Source of the DNA: a virus
Taxonomy: Duplodnaviria; Caudoviricetes
Reading direction: 5' to 3' (one strand)
Length of the DNA stretch: 25,822 nucleotides
IMG/VR virus record: IMGVR_UViG_3300037043_000425
Coordinates: 1 to 25,822 of that record
Of the stretch, positions 1 through 8,522 are shown in pieces. The translations under genes and the position numbers were made by a program. How positions within the stretch are numbered: position 1 is the stretch's first letter; each line of letters starts with the position of its first letter. The notes beneath the pieces are model-generated. The model made no database searches, was not told the DNA's origin, and saw nothing but the letters and a program-made list of their open reading frames with translations.

Positions 1-2122
1 TTGCTGGGGCTGATCAGGAGGGGGTTGGCGGCATTGTGGGGTGGTGGCGCTGTAAAGCGTGAAGTTCCCTATTTCCCCGAGGCTACCCGGCTGTTTTTTC
101 TTTCCCCCCACATGCTCACCCAGTTGTCAGGCGGGGAACTGAAACAGCCTTACCGGGAGCACGTCTGGGTCTATGCCTGCATCAACGCCATTGCCCAGAG
201 CATCAGCAGCGTGCCCCTGCTCTTCATGACCGGGACCCGCAAAGATCCCAAGATCGTGGAATCGCACCCCCTGGTGAACCTGTTCGAGGCGCCCAACCCC
301 ATGATGTCCGGGAGTCAACTCCTGGAGGCTACTTTGATCTATCTGGGATTGACCGGCGAGGCTTTTTTTATTGTGGAGCGGCAAAGCGAACGGGAAATCC
401 CCCGGGAGATTTGGGTCTGCCATCCAGGGCGGTTTAAGGAAGTGGTGGACGCAGAGACTGGCTTAATCTCGGGCTGGGTCTACGGCAAGGGCGTCAAGAA
501 GATCCCGCTGCAGCCGCACGAAGTGATCTTTTTGCGCTACTTCAACCCCTACCACGACTACCGGGGCCTGGCCCCCCTTGCAGGCGGCCAAGTCTGGAGT
601 CGAGCAGGACTGGTGGGCCGGCCGGTACAACGCTGCCTTCTTTAAGAACTCCGCCCAGCCGGGCGGGGTGCTGGAGACCTCCGGGAACCTCAGCGACGAG
701 GAATACCAGCGCGTGAAGGCCCAATGGCAGGACCGACACGGCGGAGCCTCCAAGGCCCATGCCATCGCCCTCCTGGAAGGCGGCCTCAGTTACAAGCAGA
801 CGGGACTTTCCCAGAAGGACATGGATTTTCTGGAGCAGCGCAAGTGGAATCGGGAAGAGATCATGGCGGCCTTCAAGGTGCCCAAGCCGGAGTTGGGACT
901 CTATGATGACGTCAATTTCGCCACCTCCAAGACTCAGCGCAAGCTTTTCTGGGAAAACACCCTCCTCCCCAAGATGGCTCTGTTTGAGTTTGTCCTGTGG
1001 AACCAGTTGTGCCGGCATATCGGCGGAGGCCGCATCTGGGCCGAGTTCGACTATAGCAACATCTCCGCGCTGCAGGAAGACCGCAAGGAGCTGGTGGAAT
1101 GCGCCCAAAAGCTCTGGCAGATGGGCGTCCCGCTGAACATTGCCAACGAATACCTTGGCCTGGGCCTCCCGGCCGTTGCGGGAGGAGACACCGGCTATCT
1201 CCCCTTCAACCTGACGCCGGTGGGCTCGGATGCGCCTGCTCCCGAAAAATCAGTTTCATATCCTCTCATTTCCTCCCAAGCCGAGACGGCCGGTTTTGCC
1301 TTGCCCTTGCCGCCTCCCGTCCCCGCCCTGCCTCTCCGCGGCTTCGATGGGGAGGCCTATTGGCAGGCTTACCTGGGCCTCCATACACCCCTGGAGGAAA
1401 TGTTCAAGCGCAAGATCAGCCGCTATTTTTACGAGCAGCGCAAACGCCAGCTCCGGCGGTTGGAGGAGAGGTTGGGCAAGGCGGTGATGCGGGAGTTGGC
1501 AGTGGAATCCCTGCTCCTGAACCTGGACGAAGAAAACGGCAGCCTCAAAAAGCTGGTCTGGCCGCTCTATCTGGAGATCGGCGAAAAGGCTGGCCAGGGC
1601 CTGCTGGTGGAGCTGGGGGCGGCCCCCGAGCTTTTCACCCTGGTGGACACCCCGGCCATGGCGGCTCTTTCGACCAAGCTCATCAAGGTGGTGGGCATCA
1701 ACGAGACCATCCGGGACCAGTTGCGGGACTCCCTGGTGGATGGGATCAGCCAGATGGAGACCACCGCCGAACTCATGGACCGGGTGCGCCATGTATACAA
1801 CTTCGCCCAGTCCCGGGCCCTCACCATAGCCCGGACCGAGACCGGCCAGGCGGCGGGCCTGGCCCGGGACGCGGCCATGGGCCAGATGGGGGTGGCGAAG
1901 ATTCGCTGGGTCACCGCCGGGGATGAGCACGTCCGGGTCAGCCATCAGAACCAGGGCGGCATGGTGGTGGAACGGGGTCAGGCCTTTCCCAACGGCTGCC
2001 GCTTCCCTTGCGACCCCAACGGGCCGGCAGGTGAGGTGATCAACTGCCGCTGTGTTTCGGCGCCCGTGGTCTGGCAGGCGCCGGTTTACGAGAAGGAGCA
2101 GGGCCATGGAATTAATTCGTAA
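1..2122 (+). CDS. HK97-family portal protein fused to a C-terminal Mu gpF/SPP1 gp7-like head morphogenesis domain; interrupted by a 1-nt frameshift at 572-577
   Basis: ORF 1..645 has portal motifs VYACINAIAQSISSVPL, HPLVNLF..PNP, GEAF, EVIFLRYFNP..YRGLAPL. ORF 578..2122 continues with FFKNSAQPGGVL, LEGGLSY, DMDFLEQRK, EIMAAFKVP, then RALTIARTET, W.TAGDEHVR.SH and GEVINCRC. Removing one C from the C6 run gives GLAPLQAAK. The true start may be at or before base 1. Confidence 0.88.
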
Positions 2123-3017
2123 GGACCTGGACTTTGAGATCAAGGCAGTGGGGGACCCCCAGGACCGGGTCCTGGAGTTCGTGGGCTCCACCGCCCAGGT
2201 GGACCGCTACGGCGACGTCATCGAGGTGGAAGGCTGGGACCTCAAAAACTACAAGAAAAACCCGGTGTTCCTCTGGGCCCACGACTACCGGCAGCCGCCC
2301 GTGGGCAAGGCGGTTCAGGTGGGCAAGACCGACCAGGGCCTGCTGTTCCAGGTCAAGTTCGCCACGGCGGAGGAATACCCCTTCGCCGACACCATCTACA
2401 AACTCTACCTGGGCGGCTATCTGAAGGCCACCTCGGTGGGCTTCCAGGATTTAGCACGGGAGCCCATCACCGACAAGGAAGGGAAACAGACCGGCTGGCG
2501 TTTTATGAAGCACGAGCTTTATGAACTCTCCGCGGTGCCCGTGCCGGCTAACCCCAACGCCCTGATCATGGCGGTGCAGAAAGGGGTGGTCAGCCCCCGG
2601 GAAGTCGAGGACCTCACCGGCGTGCCTTTTGAGGCGGACCTGAACCAGGCAGAAAGGCATGAGCCAGGTGAGCCGGAAGAGATTGACAAACCCAACGAGG
2701 ACGACTTGCAATCGACCCTCCTGGCCCTGACGGGCCTGCTGGAGGATCTCAAGGTCAAAATTGACGCACTGGCGGCCCGGATTGCCGAACTCGGGTCTCT
2801 CCATGATGACTGCGCTCAACTGAAGACGGTGATCCTGGAGACCCTGGAAGAGTTCGTCAAATGCCGCTCTGCCGCACCCGACTATTACTCCCTGGCGTTG
2901 AACCCCGGCCCTGGGCCTGAAGGGGGGAGACCGGCGGGGGAGCCGGACCTGAAGGACATTCTCAGCGCCACGCTAAACCTGCATCGCAGGATCACAAAAG
3001 GAGATAGTCATGCCTGA
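2106..3017 (+). CDS. HK97-type prohead (maturation) protease with acidic/coiled-coil C-terminal extension
   Basis: Motifs DRYGDVI..GW, NPVFLWAHD, PVGK, SVGF, ELYELSAVPVPANPNA. ATG 2106 follows AAGGAG. Lies between portal and capsid. Confidence 0.93.
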   Translation: MELIRKDLDFEIKAVGDPQDRVLEFVGSTAQVDRYGDVIEVEGWDLKNYKKNPVFLWAHDYRQPPVGKAVQVGKTDQGLLFQVKFATAEEYPFADTIYKLYLGGYLKATSVGFQDLAREPITDKEGKQTGWRFMKHELYELSAVPVPANPNALIMAVQKGVVSPREVEDLTGVPFEADLNQAERHEPGEPEEIDKPNEDDLQSTLLALTGLLEDLKVKIDALAARIAELGSLHDDCAQLKTVILETLEEFVKCRSAAPDYYSLALNPGPGPEGGRPAGEPDLKDILSATLNLHRRITKGDSHA

Positions 3018-4224
3018 AGACGTCAACCGCATCCAGGAACTCCTGGAAGATATCAATAAATCCCTCTCCTACACCGGGGAGGACGGCAAGGTGATCCACA
3101 TCTCCGAAGCCTTCAAGACGCTGCCGGAGTTGTCGGCCAAGTACGCCGACCTGGCGGCCCGGTTTGAGGAGATGGAGAAAAAGAACCGGGGGCGCAAACA
3201 TGCCGGCGTGTCCGGCCTGGAGGACGAAAAAGAGAAGTTTTCGCTCTTCAAGGCCATCTATGCCATCGGTACCGGGGACTGGTCCCAGGCCCAGTTCGAG
3301 GCAGACGTCTTCCGCCAGACCCGGGACCTGGCCACCACCCCGGACAGCTCCGGAGGCTATCTGGTCCCGATCCAGGCCATCCCGGAACTCATCGAGATGC
3401 TCCGGGCTGAGGCGGTGGTGTTCCAGATGGGCGCCACCCTCCTGGACAACCTGGTGGGGTCGCCGGTAGAGATCCCCAAGCAGACCGGCGGGGCCACGGC
3501 CTACTGGGTGGGGGAGAATGAGCCCCTCACCGGCAGCGACCAGACCCTGGGCCAGTTGCAGCTCACCCCCAAGTCGGTGGGCGCCCTGGTGAAGCTCTCC
3601 AACCGGCTGCTGCGCATGTCCAGCCCCTCGGCGGAGCAGATGGTGCGGGCCGACATCGCCCGGGTGGTGGCCCTGGCCATCGACCTGGCGGCCCTCCGGG
3701 GCAGCGGCGCCAGCGGCCAGCCCACCGGCATCGCCAACACCCCCGGCATCAACACCAAGGCCTTCAGCGTCAATAGCCCCAACTTCGATTACTTCTTCGA
3801 CATGGAGTACGAGCTGGCGGTGGACAACGCCCTGCGGGGCAAGCTGGGGTTCGTGTTCCACCACTGCGTTAAGCGCTCTCTGTCCAAGCTCAAAGTGGCC
3901 CAGTTCTCGGGAGACACCGGGGGCGAATACATCATCCGGCCCATGGATGCGGCCCAGCTCCAGGCCTACATCGGCTATCCCTTCGCCATGACCACCCAGA
4001 TTCCCATCAACCTGGGGGTGGGGGGGAACGAAACCGAGATCTACCTGGGCAACTGGCAGGAGTTGATCGTGGGCCAGTGGGCCGGTATCTCGATTTTGCC
4101 CTCCAAAGAGGCCGGGGACGCGTTTGCCAAGAACCAGACCTGGATCCGGATCATCACCGACGTGGATATCGGGCTCCGGCACGCCGAGAGTTTCTGTCTG
4201 GGCTCTGGGGTGAAGAACAGCTAA
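3010..4224 (+). CDS. Major capsid protein, HK97 fold
   Basis: N-terminal coiled-coil delta-like region, then SGGYLVP, IPKQTGGATAYWVGE, LSNRLL, GSGASGQPTGI, IYLGNW, DIGLRHAESF. RBS AAGGAG upstream. Confidence 0.95.
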   Translation: MPEDVNRIQELLEDINKSLSYTGEDGKVIHISEAFKTLPELSAKYADLAARFEEMEKKNRGRKHAGVSGLEDEKEKFSLFKAIYAIGTGDWSQAQFEADVFRQTRDLATTPDSSGGYLVPIQAIPELIEMLRAEAVVFQMGATLLDNLVGSPVEIPKQTGGATAYWVGENEPLTGSDQTLGQLQLTPKSVGALVKLSNRLLRMSSPSAEQMVRADIARVVALAIDLAALRGSGASGQPTGIANTPGINTKAFSVNSPNFDYFFDMEYELAVDNALRGKLGFVFHHCVKRSLSKLKVAQFSGDTGGEYIIRPMDAAQLQAYIGYPFAMTTQIPINLGVGGNETEIYLGNWQELIVGQWAGISILPSKEAGDAFAKNQTWIRIITDVDIGLRHAESFCLGSGVKNS

Positions 4225-4230
4225 ACGGAC

Positions 4231-4253
4231 GGGGCCGGGCCTCCGGCCCCTTT
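4231..4253 (+). terminator. GC-rich hairpin with short U tract after the capsid gene (weak terminator or mRNA stabiliser)
   Basis: GGGGCCGG-GCCT-CCGGCCCC-TTT: a perfect 8-bp stem just after the capsid stop codon. Confidence 0.6.
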
Positions 4254-4271
4254 CCCATAGGAGACCCCGAC

Positions 4272-4688
4272 ATGAAATTCAGTCTGCATCAGTTCCTCAA
4301 GGCGGTGGTGGGCCTGGTGGCCGACAACCACAGTGCCGACACGCACAAAGGTTCGGCCATCGATCGCCTGGGTTTCGAGGAGGCCCTGGTGGTGGTGAAC
4401 TCAGGGGCCAATGGCGCCAGCGGCACGGTGGACATCAAAGTTCAGGAATCGGATACCACCACGGATGGCGATTTTGCCGACGTTGCCGGTGCGGCCTTCA
4501 TCCAGATCACCGAGGCCAACGACAACAACGTCTGCGTGGGGCGCCTGAACCTGGTGGGGCGGAAGCGCTATCTCCGGGTGGTGGCCGTGGTGGGAACCGC
4601 AGCCTGTGACCTGGGGGTTGAGGTGATCCTGGGGGCGGCCAAAGAGGGGCCGGTGTCCCAGGTGAACCCCGCGGCTTTCTCTCTCTAA
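4272..4688 (+). CDS. Putative capsid decoration/cement protein (beta-rich, 138 aa)
   Basis: Directly follows the capsid gene. ATG 4272 follows AGGAGA. Pattern IDRLGF..VQESD..F.DV..RKRYLRV is typical of small beta-sandwich proteins found after capsid genes. Confidence 0.6.
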   Translation: MKFSLHQFLKAVVGLVADNHSADTHKGSAIDRLGFEEALVVVNSGANGASGTVDIKVQESDTTTDGDFADVAGAAFIQITEANDNNVCVGRLNLVGRKRYLRVVAVVGTAACDLGVEVILGAAKEGPVSQVNPAAFSL

Positions 4689-4702
4689 CGGCGAGGTGAG
4701 CG

Positions 4703-4954
4703 ATGTCAAAATACCGAATCAGGCCAGGCTACTGTCTCCACCTGCCCAATCATGCCTTCGCCCATCCCGGCGAAGACGTGGACCTCAGCGGCGACCTGGA
4801 GCTAGAGGTCCTGGGGAATCAGGGCTGGAAAGTATATCCGGCCCCGGGTGAACCGGACCGGGACCTGCCAACATTCTCAGGGCCGGAAGCGGAAGAAGTG
4901 GATAGGCCGCCCAAAGACCGGGCCATCAAAAAGGCCAGGGTGGATACCCGGTAA
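4703..4954 (+). CDS. Small hypothetical phage protein in the head-neck region
   Basis: RBS GAGGTG upstream. Its stop abuts the next ATG (TAAATG). Basic C-terminus PPKDRAIKK. Confidence 0.65.
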   Translation: MSKYRIRPGYCLHLPNHAFAHPGEDVDLSGDLELEVLGNQGWKVYPAPGEPDRDLPTFSGPEAEEVDRPPKDRAIKKARVDTR

Positions 4955-5548
4955 ATGGACCTGACCACGCTGACCAGGGTGAAGGCGCTGCTGGAGCAGC
5001 CGGAAGACGATTGGGACGGCCTCATCACCGAGTTGATCGGGGCCGTGTCCCAACGCTGCGCCTCCTACTGCAACCGGGATTTTGAAAACAAGTCCCGGGT
5101 GGAGTACCACGACGGCGGCGGGCGGTATCTCTATCTCAAGGGCCTGCCGGTAGCGTCCATAACCTCCATTTACGGTTCGGACACCTGGGAGTGGGACGCG
5201 GGGAACCTGATCCCTGCCGGTGACTACCAACTGCTCTCGGCCGGCATGGCGGCTTACCGCTATGGGGCCTGGCCCTACGGCCCTAAGGCCCTGAAGGTGA
5301 CTTACACCGGGGGCTATGACGCCTTTATTGAGGAAGAAGGTTCTCCTCCGGAGGGCTACAACCCGCCCCCCGATGATCTGGAAATGGCGGTCAGAACGCA
5401 GGTGGCTTATGACTTCCGGCGGCGTAAGGACATCGGCCTGGAGTCGGTGAGTTTCCCGGACGGCTCCATCCAGAAGGTGAACTCCGGGGAGTTTCTCCCC
5501 TCAGTCAAGGCGGTGTTGGACCGCTACCGGATCAGACCTTATGGCTAA
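4955..5548 (+). CDS. Head-tail adaptor/connector (HK97 gp6 / SPP1 gp15-like)
   Basis: N-terminal LTTL..VK..L, YCNRDF, LPVASITSI, VTYTGGY, PDDLEMA, C-terminal VKAVLDRYR. Confidence 0.85.
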   Translation: MDLTTLTRVKALLEQPEDDWDGLITELIGAVSQRCASYCNRDFENKSRVEYHDGGGRYLYLKGLPVASITSIYGSDTWEWDAGNLIPAGDYQLLSAGMAAYRYGAWPYGPKALKVTYTGGYDAFIEEEGSPPEGYNPPPDDLEMAVRTQVAYDFRRRKDIGLESVSFPDGSIQKVNSGEFLPSVKAVLDRYRIRPYG

Positions 5549-6122
5549 AGACCCGGTCACGAGCCTGGACCAGATCATCAAACTCCTGTCGCCCAAGGTG
5601 GTGCAGGTGGTCAAAGAGCACTCTGTCCGGCTTTGGCAGCAAGTGATAATCCGGCACCTGACAGGTGGGACAACCTCCGACCGCCTGGGCCGGCGCAGCG
5701 GCACCCTGGCCCGGTCCACCAGGCCCCTGACGGTGCAGATGGTGGGGAGCAAGGTGACGGGGGGCCTGGCCTTCGGCGCCGAATACGCCGGGGTGCATAT
5801 CGGCCCAGCGGGCAGCCAGGTGACCATCCGGCCCAAGAACAAGAAATTTCTGGCCATCCCGCTGGCGGCAGCCAAGACTGCGGCGGGGGTGGCTCGGGGC
5901 GGCCCCTTATCCGGTATCTGGGGCCCTACCTTTATTGCCAAAGGGATCATCTTCGGGCTTTCCGGGGGGACCAAGGGGACGCAGAGTAAGACCCCGATTC
6001 CCTTGTTCGTTTTGAAGCGGTCGGTGGTGGTGCCCCGTCGGATTCACCCCAAGGAGCATCTGCTGGACTGGGCCAAACCTAAATTTATGGCTGACCTGTC
6101 CCAGATCGTGAAGGTGGGTTGA
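5541..6122 (+). CDS. Neck/tail completion protein (HK97 gp10-like)
   Basis: Basic protein with RSGTLARS, YAGVH.G, TIRPKNKKFLAIP. Position in the neck module. Confidence 0.72.
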   Translation: MAKDPVTSLDQIIKLLSPKVVQVVKEHSVRLWQQVIIRHLTGGTTSDRLGRRSGTLARSTRPLTVQMVGSKVTGGLAFGAEYAGVHIGPAGSQVTIRPKNKKFLAIPLAAAKTAAGVARGGPLSGIWGPTFIAKGIIFGLSGGTKGTQSKTPIPLFVLKRSVVVPRRIHPKEHLLDWAKPKFMADLSQIVKVG

Positions 6123-6565
6123 TGGCCGACACCATCAAAGTGCAGGCGATGCAGAAGTTGGCCAGGGTATTCGGAGCCGTTACAAGCATCGGCTCGGTGC
6201 ACCGCTGGCAGGGCAGCCCCACGGACCTGGATCGGGTAAAGCTCCCGGCCCTGTTCTTCTGGGACGAGGATGAGACCCGGGACAAGCGCAACCGCCTGGC
6301 GATGGGAACGCTCAAGCTGTACGTTGCCATATTTTGCCGTCTCAGCCCTGCGGGGGCGGCATCATTCCCTGATGTTGCCGACAACCTCCAGGGCGCAATC
6401 CACAACGCCCTGCTCGGCACCAGCGAGCTTAAAGGGCTGGTGGAGAACCTCCAGGAGGAGCGGGTTTGGAAGGAGTTTCCCAACGACCAGTACGGGGTTC
6501 TCTTTATGAGTTTCACCTTAACCTATGCGCACGCCTGGGGCGATGCCTTTAGCACCACCTATTAA
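6122..6565 (+). CDS. Tail terminator-like protein
   Basis: About 147 aa, LPAL motif, alpha/beta pattern, immediately before the tail tube gene. TGATG coupling with the previous gene. Confidence 0.65.
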   Translation: MADTIKVQAMQKLARVFGAVTSIGSVHRWQGSPTDLDRVKLPALFFWDEDETRDKRNRLAMGTLKLYVAIFCRLSPAGAASFPDVADNLQGAIHNALLGTSELKGLVENLQEERVWKEFPNDQYGVLFMSFTLTYAHAWGDAFSTTY

Positions 6566-6578
6566 GGAGGGATAAGCC

Positions 6579-7745
6579 ATGCCAGTACCTGCAAGTGTTG
6601 AAAATTACACCGTCCCAGGGGGCGTCAAGCTCTGGTTCGATGCCGGCGCCGGAGAACGGGATTTAGGGAACATTACGGAGGTGGACATCGAGGGCGGCAC
6701 CGAGGAACTGGAGCACTTCAGCAACCGCTCTGGCAAACGCCTGAAGGACAGGGTCATCGTCCTGGAAGAGAAGCTGACGCTCAAATTCAAGTTCGATGAG
6801 CCGGTAATCGAGAACCTCAAATATTACTTCAAGGGCGGGAACATCGAGAACCTGAACCCCGGAACCGGCATCGTCACCGATTTGGAGCTGGCTCTGGCCG
6901 GCACGGTCCTGCGCTCGGTGGGCCAGTATTATGGCCTCACCAATGTCACGGTGCGGCAGTTCCTGGACAAGGTCTTCCTCTACAACGGGGCAGCCTTCGT
7001 GGACCACTCGGCGGAAGCGGACACCGAAGCGGGGGCCCCCTTTGATGCCATGACCGACGCCAATGACTTCCTCTACCTGGGGAAGGCCACCCGGTTCAAG
7101 GAACTCTATGCCAACCTGGCGGTTACCGGCTCTTACACCGGTCTGGTCTGGGAATATTGGGACGGAGACGAGTGGAAGGCACTGGTTACCTCCGGAGCCG
7201 GGGACGGTCTGGATGCCGACGGTCCCATCACCTTCACGCCCCCGGTAGACTGGGCCAAGACCACGGTGAACAGCCAGAATCTCTACTGGATCAGGGCGTC
7301 GGCCACCGCGGTGACCACCCCGGCCACGGTCAACTGCATCCGTCAGAACTGTGTCGTCAACACCGATTACGTGCTGGACGCAGGCCTTGCTGGTGAGGAG
7401 GGCCGGCTCCCGGGCCGGATCGGCCGGCTGGCCACAGGCATGTTGGTGGACGGCGAAGAGGTCAAAGTGAGCTTTACCTATACCACCTGGGCGTCTGCGC
7501 AGTTCCCCATCGCGGGGGCGAGCTTTATCGAGGGGGCGGCCCGCCTGGAGGTGCACCCGGACTCTGGCCGGGGTCTGCGCTTCGATGTGATCATCCCCAA
7601 GTGCATCCTAAAGCCCAACGGGGCCATTGGCCTGGACGACAAGAAGTGGCTGGAGGTGCCCATGACCCTGGAGGCCTTGGACGATACCGCCAACACTCCC
7701 CTGGCGCCTTTGGGGTACTACAAGAGCTATGAAAACGTTGCCTGA
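6579..7745 (+). CDS. Major tail tube protein with inserted accessory beta-domains
   Basis: Strong RBS TAAGGAGG. N-terminal DLGN..EELEHFSNRSG..KD and C-terminal IPKCILKPNG.IGL..W...MTLEAL match siphovirus tube patterns. Precedes chaperones and tape measure. Confidence 0.85.
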   Translation: MPVPASVENYTVPGGVKLWFDAGAGERDLGNITEVDIEGGTEELEHFSNRSGKRLKDRVIVLEEKLTLKFKFDEPVIENLKYYFKGGNIENLNPGTGIVTDLELALAGTVLRSVGQYYGLTNVTVRQFLDKVFLYNGAAFVDHSAEADTEAGAPFDAMTDANDFLYLGKATRFKELYANLAVTGSYTGLVWEYWDGDEWKALVTSGAGDGLDADGPITFTPPVDWAKTTVNSQNLYWIRASATAVTTPATVNCIRQNCVVNTDYVLDAGLAGEEGRLPGRIGRLATGMLVDGEEVKVSFTYTTWASAQFPIAGASFIEGAARLEVHPDSGRGLRFDVIIPKCILKPNGAIGLDDKKWLEVPMTLEALDDTANTPLAPLGYYKSYENVA

Positions 7746-7755
7746 GGAGCGAGTT

Positions 7756-8175
7756 ATGCCCGAGCAGATTACCGACAATCAGGTTCTATCGAGTTACCTG
7801 GCTGAAGAGCAGGTGGACGGGTTCACCGTCAAGCCCTGGACCATCAAGCAGCTCATTCTGGTGATGCCCATCCTGGACGCCCTGGTAGCGGAGTTTAAGA
7901 ACCAGGGCGTCACCCTGGACAACCTGGGGGAGATGTTTGAGACCCAGGGACTGGCGGCAGCCAAGGATATCATCCAGACGATAATGCCCCGGCTCCCGGA
8001 GTTCCTGGCCATCACCTTGCGGATTGACCGGGAGCAGGCCGAGGAGCTTGACCTGGGCCTGGGGATGCAACTGGCGGTCAAGGTCCTGAGGATGAACGTC
8101 GACCACCTAAAAAACGCCTTCGGCCTGATCATGAGTCAGATGGGAGTCCTGATCGGGCCGGAAACCACCCCTTAG
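7756..8175 (+). CDS. Tail assembly chaperone (lambda gpG equivalent)
   Basis: ATG 7756 follows GAGGAG. Helical 139-aa protein between tube and tape measure. Contains a slippery heptamer near its 3' end. Confidence 0.8.
   Translation: MPEQITDNQVLSSYLAEEQVDGFTVKPWTIKQLILVMPILDALVAEFKNQGVTLDNLGEMFETQGLAAAKDIIQTIMPRLPEFLAITLRIDREQAEELDLGLGMQLAVKVLRMNVDHLKNAFGLIMSQMGVLIGPETTP
8109..8160 (+). promoter_or_regulatory. Programmed -1 ribosomal frameshift signal: A AAA AAC plus downstream stem-loop
   Basis: In-frame heptamer at 8109-8115. Five nt later CGGCCTGATCA (8121-8131) pairs with TGATCGGGCCG (8150-8160, one G-U pair). The -1 frame is open through to 8522. Confidence 0.8.
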
Positions 8176-8522
8176 CGATAACCGTCGCCCTCTCGGAGTT
8201 GGCGAGCCAGGGGCACGACCTGTACCACCTGATCGACGGTTACCCCGCTTTGATGGTGAAAGGGCTTGTGGCCGCGTCCCAGGTCCGCAGCCGCCACCGG
8301 TTGATGGAGCAGGGGGTGTCCATGACCGTGGCGGTGACCGGGGGCCTGGACCTGGCATTCAACCAGGGCAAGGGGAAGGTGCTGGAGCGCTGGCTTAAGG
8401 AGATGTCAGGTGAGGGAAAAAGCGAACCGCCTGAGGAAAAGCCCAAGATGAGCGACCGGGCCTTTTCATTTTTCACCGCCATGCCTCACCAGGGGCCCGA
8501 CAGACCAGCAAGAGAAAAATAA
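8112..8522 (+). CDS. C-terminal extension of the tail assembly chaperone (gpGT equivalent, ~255 aa fusion)
   Basis: ORF 8199..8522 has only a TTG start and lies in the -1 frame relative to 7756..8175. There is no stop between the slippery site and 8520. Confidence 0.75.
   Translation, partial: KRLRPDHESDGSPDRAGNHPLAITVALSELASQGHDLYHLIDGYPALMVKGLVAASQVRSRHRLMEQGVSMTVAVTGGLDLAFNQGKGKVLERWLKEMSGEGKSEPPEEKPKMSDRAFSFFTAMPHQGPDRPAREK

Noticed and set aside
4712-5540. YRIRP occurs at the start of the 83-aa protein and the end of the adaptor
   Set aside because: A five-residue match with different codons; probably coincidence.
127-7696. Long minus-strand and alternate-frame ORFs (e.g. 1256..2191, 2992..4182, 6663..7556, 1099..1926)
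   Set aside because: They are shadows of GC3-rich real genes, with no recognisable motifs, and fully overlap well-supported CDSs.
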